In this document: in pieces, positions 62,321 through 64,000 of the stretch
Layout: every line of letters starts with the position of its first letter
Position numbering within the stretch: the first letter of the stretch is position 1
Assembly: GCA_040954595.2 (NCBI GenBank)
Contig: CM082579.2
Coordinates: 9,971,625-10,035,624, forward strand
Length of the DNA: 64,000 bases
DNA from: Balanoglossus misakiensis
Taxonomy: Eukaryota > Animalia > Hemichordata
Reading direction: 5' to 3'
Made by a program: the position numbers and the translations under genes
The notes under the pieces: generated by a model
Databases searched by the model: none
Seen by the model: only the letters and a program-made list of their open reading frames with translations
Told to the model about the DNA's origin: nothing

Positions 62321-62790
62321 TTAATAACAGTATATATCGAAATTTAATTTTGTGTGTGCGAAATTTGTCAAGTTATTTGAAATATTATGTGCTTTAGATT
62401 ATTCGTATGTGTACATTATGATAAAAGTTTGTTGGCCTCTACATCCACCTTTCCAATGAATCGAACATATCACAAGTTATATAGGTTGATAAATTTTAAG
62501 TTATGATAATAATAATAATTAATAACAGTATATATCGAAATTTAATTTTGTGTGTGCGAAATTTGTCAAGTTATTTGAAATATTATGTGCTTTAGATTAT
62601 TCGTATGTGTACATTATGATAAAAGTTTGTTGGCCTCTACATCCACCTTTCCAATGAATCGAACATATCACAAGTTATATAGGTTGATAAATTTTAAGTT
62701 ATGATAATAATAATAATTAATAACAGTATATATCGAAATTTAATTTTGTGTGTGCGAAATTTTTCAAGTTATTTGAAATATTATGTGCTT
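62321..62790. repeat. 198-bp tandem repeat, ~2.4 near-identical copies
   Basis: TTAATAACAGTATATATCGAAATTT recurs at 62321, 62519 and 62717. Each full unit ends in a (TAA)n run. Confidence 0.92.
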
Positions 62791-64000
62791 ATATTGAGAC
62801 GTAAATTGAAAATAGTAGTTGTACTTAAACCTACTTTACATTAGCAAACCATGAAACACGTTTAACAGAAGTACAAATCAAAACCATCTCATAATATAGC
62901 TATTCAAATTGTCCGCTGCAACTTTTTAAATTGTATAACTGTAATATGATGAAAACCATCAACGTTGTGAAAGGGTAAGGTACATTCTTGCTGAAGCTAC
63001 ATTGCTCTACTGTTAATGTTATCGAGCAACCACGATGAGAAAAAGTGATTTTTAAACAATTTACATCACTACACGTAAATTACAGATGATTAAATTCCTC
63101 TTAACGCATAACATAAACATTTTCTACAACCTTTGTCCTTCCTTGTCAACGTGATATCGATGTTCGCTTAGATGCTGTTGAAACTCGTCCGGTGATTACA
63201 GGTGATTACACATACACACGGTGGAGTTTACCTTAGATGACGGTGATACCTGGATATAAAATGGCATATGGATATTTGCATTAATACATGGTTTCAATTA
63301 GATTCCTCTTTCCACAAAAATACGTAAGGCCGATATGTAAATATGATAACCCGATGATTGTACGGAATGTATCCACTTGTGCTATGTAATTCTTAAAACC
63401 CCCAAAATATAATAATAATAATTATACACTGTACATAAACGATACAGCAGGACATACAAGACAGCCATATAACCATACCCGACATCCGTCATTGTTCCAC
63501 ATATCAGAGTTGTCCATCGAATAAACACAAGTTACTTGTTTAGCAGCCATTATGAACGTGACATTTTGCACTGGAAAACAAGGAACTTTAATTAAACATA
63601 TGGCTATTCTGCAATGATCTGTGTGTATATTAATTTTCGTGGTGCGGAGTATTCTGTTGTACTTTTGCTCGTTGCGGTCGTGTAAGTACTGCGGCAGAAT
63701 ACACCTTAAATTCTCGTGAAAATAATTTCTGTACGGCACAGATCGCGCGCAGAGGTCATTTGTCATAGAACACGCTATCTTAGTGCGCATAATTCATCAA
63801 TTCTACGTGAGGAAATTATATACAGTTTGAGATTTTTGGGAAGTTTAAAACTTACACTGCGGGATGGCAAAGGTTAAATAGTAAAGTCCGGTCCTGAAGA
63901 AGTAGTGTTCTGGAATGAACATACTGGAATGGTTCCCAGAAAACTGGACATCCACGGAGAACATGTAGCCACGATAGTTATCAGTGTAGTCGACAATCTC

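Overview
Eukaryotic, intron-rich, AT-rich genomic DNA. The gene content suggests a marine invertebrate, probably a deuterostome; this is inference and the species cannot be fixed from the sequence. The left two-thirds is a head-to-tail minus-strand cluster of three secreted modular extracellular-matrix genes. Gene A is the 5' part of an SVEP1/polydom-like gene (signal-VWA-Cys-rich-ephrin-receptor-like-CCPx3-HYRx2..., running off the left edge). Genes B (~1294 aa, 25 exons, 8001-25403) and C (~1373 aa, 26 exons, 26976-42542) are complete tandem paralogues with the layout signal-CCPx5-EGF/cbEGFx7-8-ephrin-like-cbEGFx3-CCPx2-HYRx2-CCP-ephrin-like-acidic Ser-Gly tail. The last intron of B holds a young ~1.93 kb foldback-type palindromic element with a 6-bp target duplication. 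To the right lie an intronless class A GPCR with non-canonical motifs (+, 46868-48049) and a 4-exon histamine N-methyltransferase-like gene with a GC-AG intron (-, 55877-58646). The window also contains several MITE-like palindromes, a ~650 bp diverged duplication, a 198-bp tandem repeat and many microsatellites. All exon coordinates were read by hand from splice signals and reading-frame continuity. No database searches were possible.
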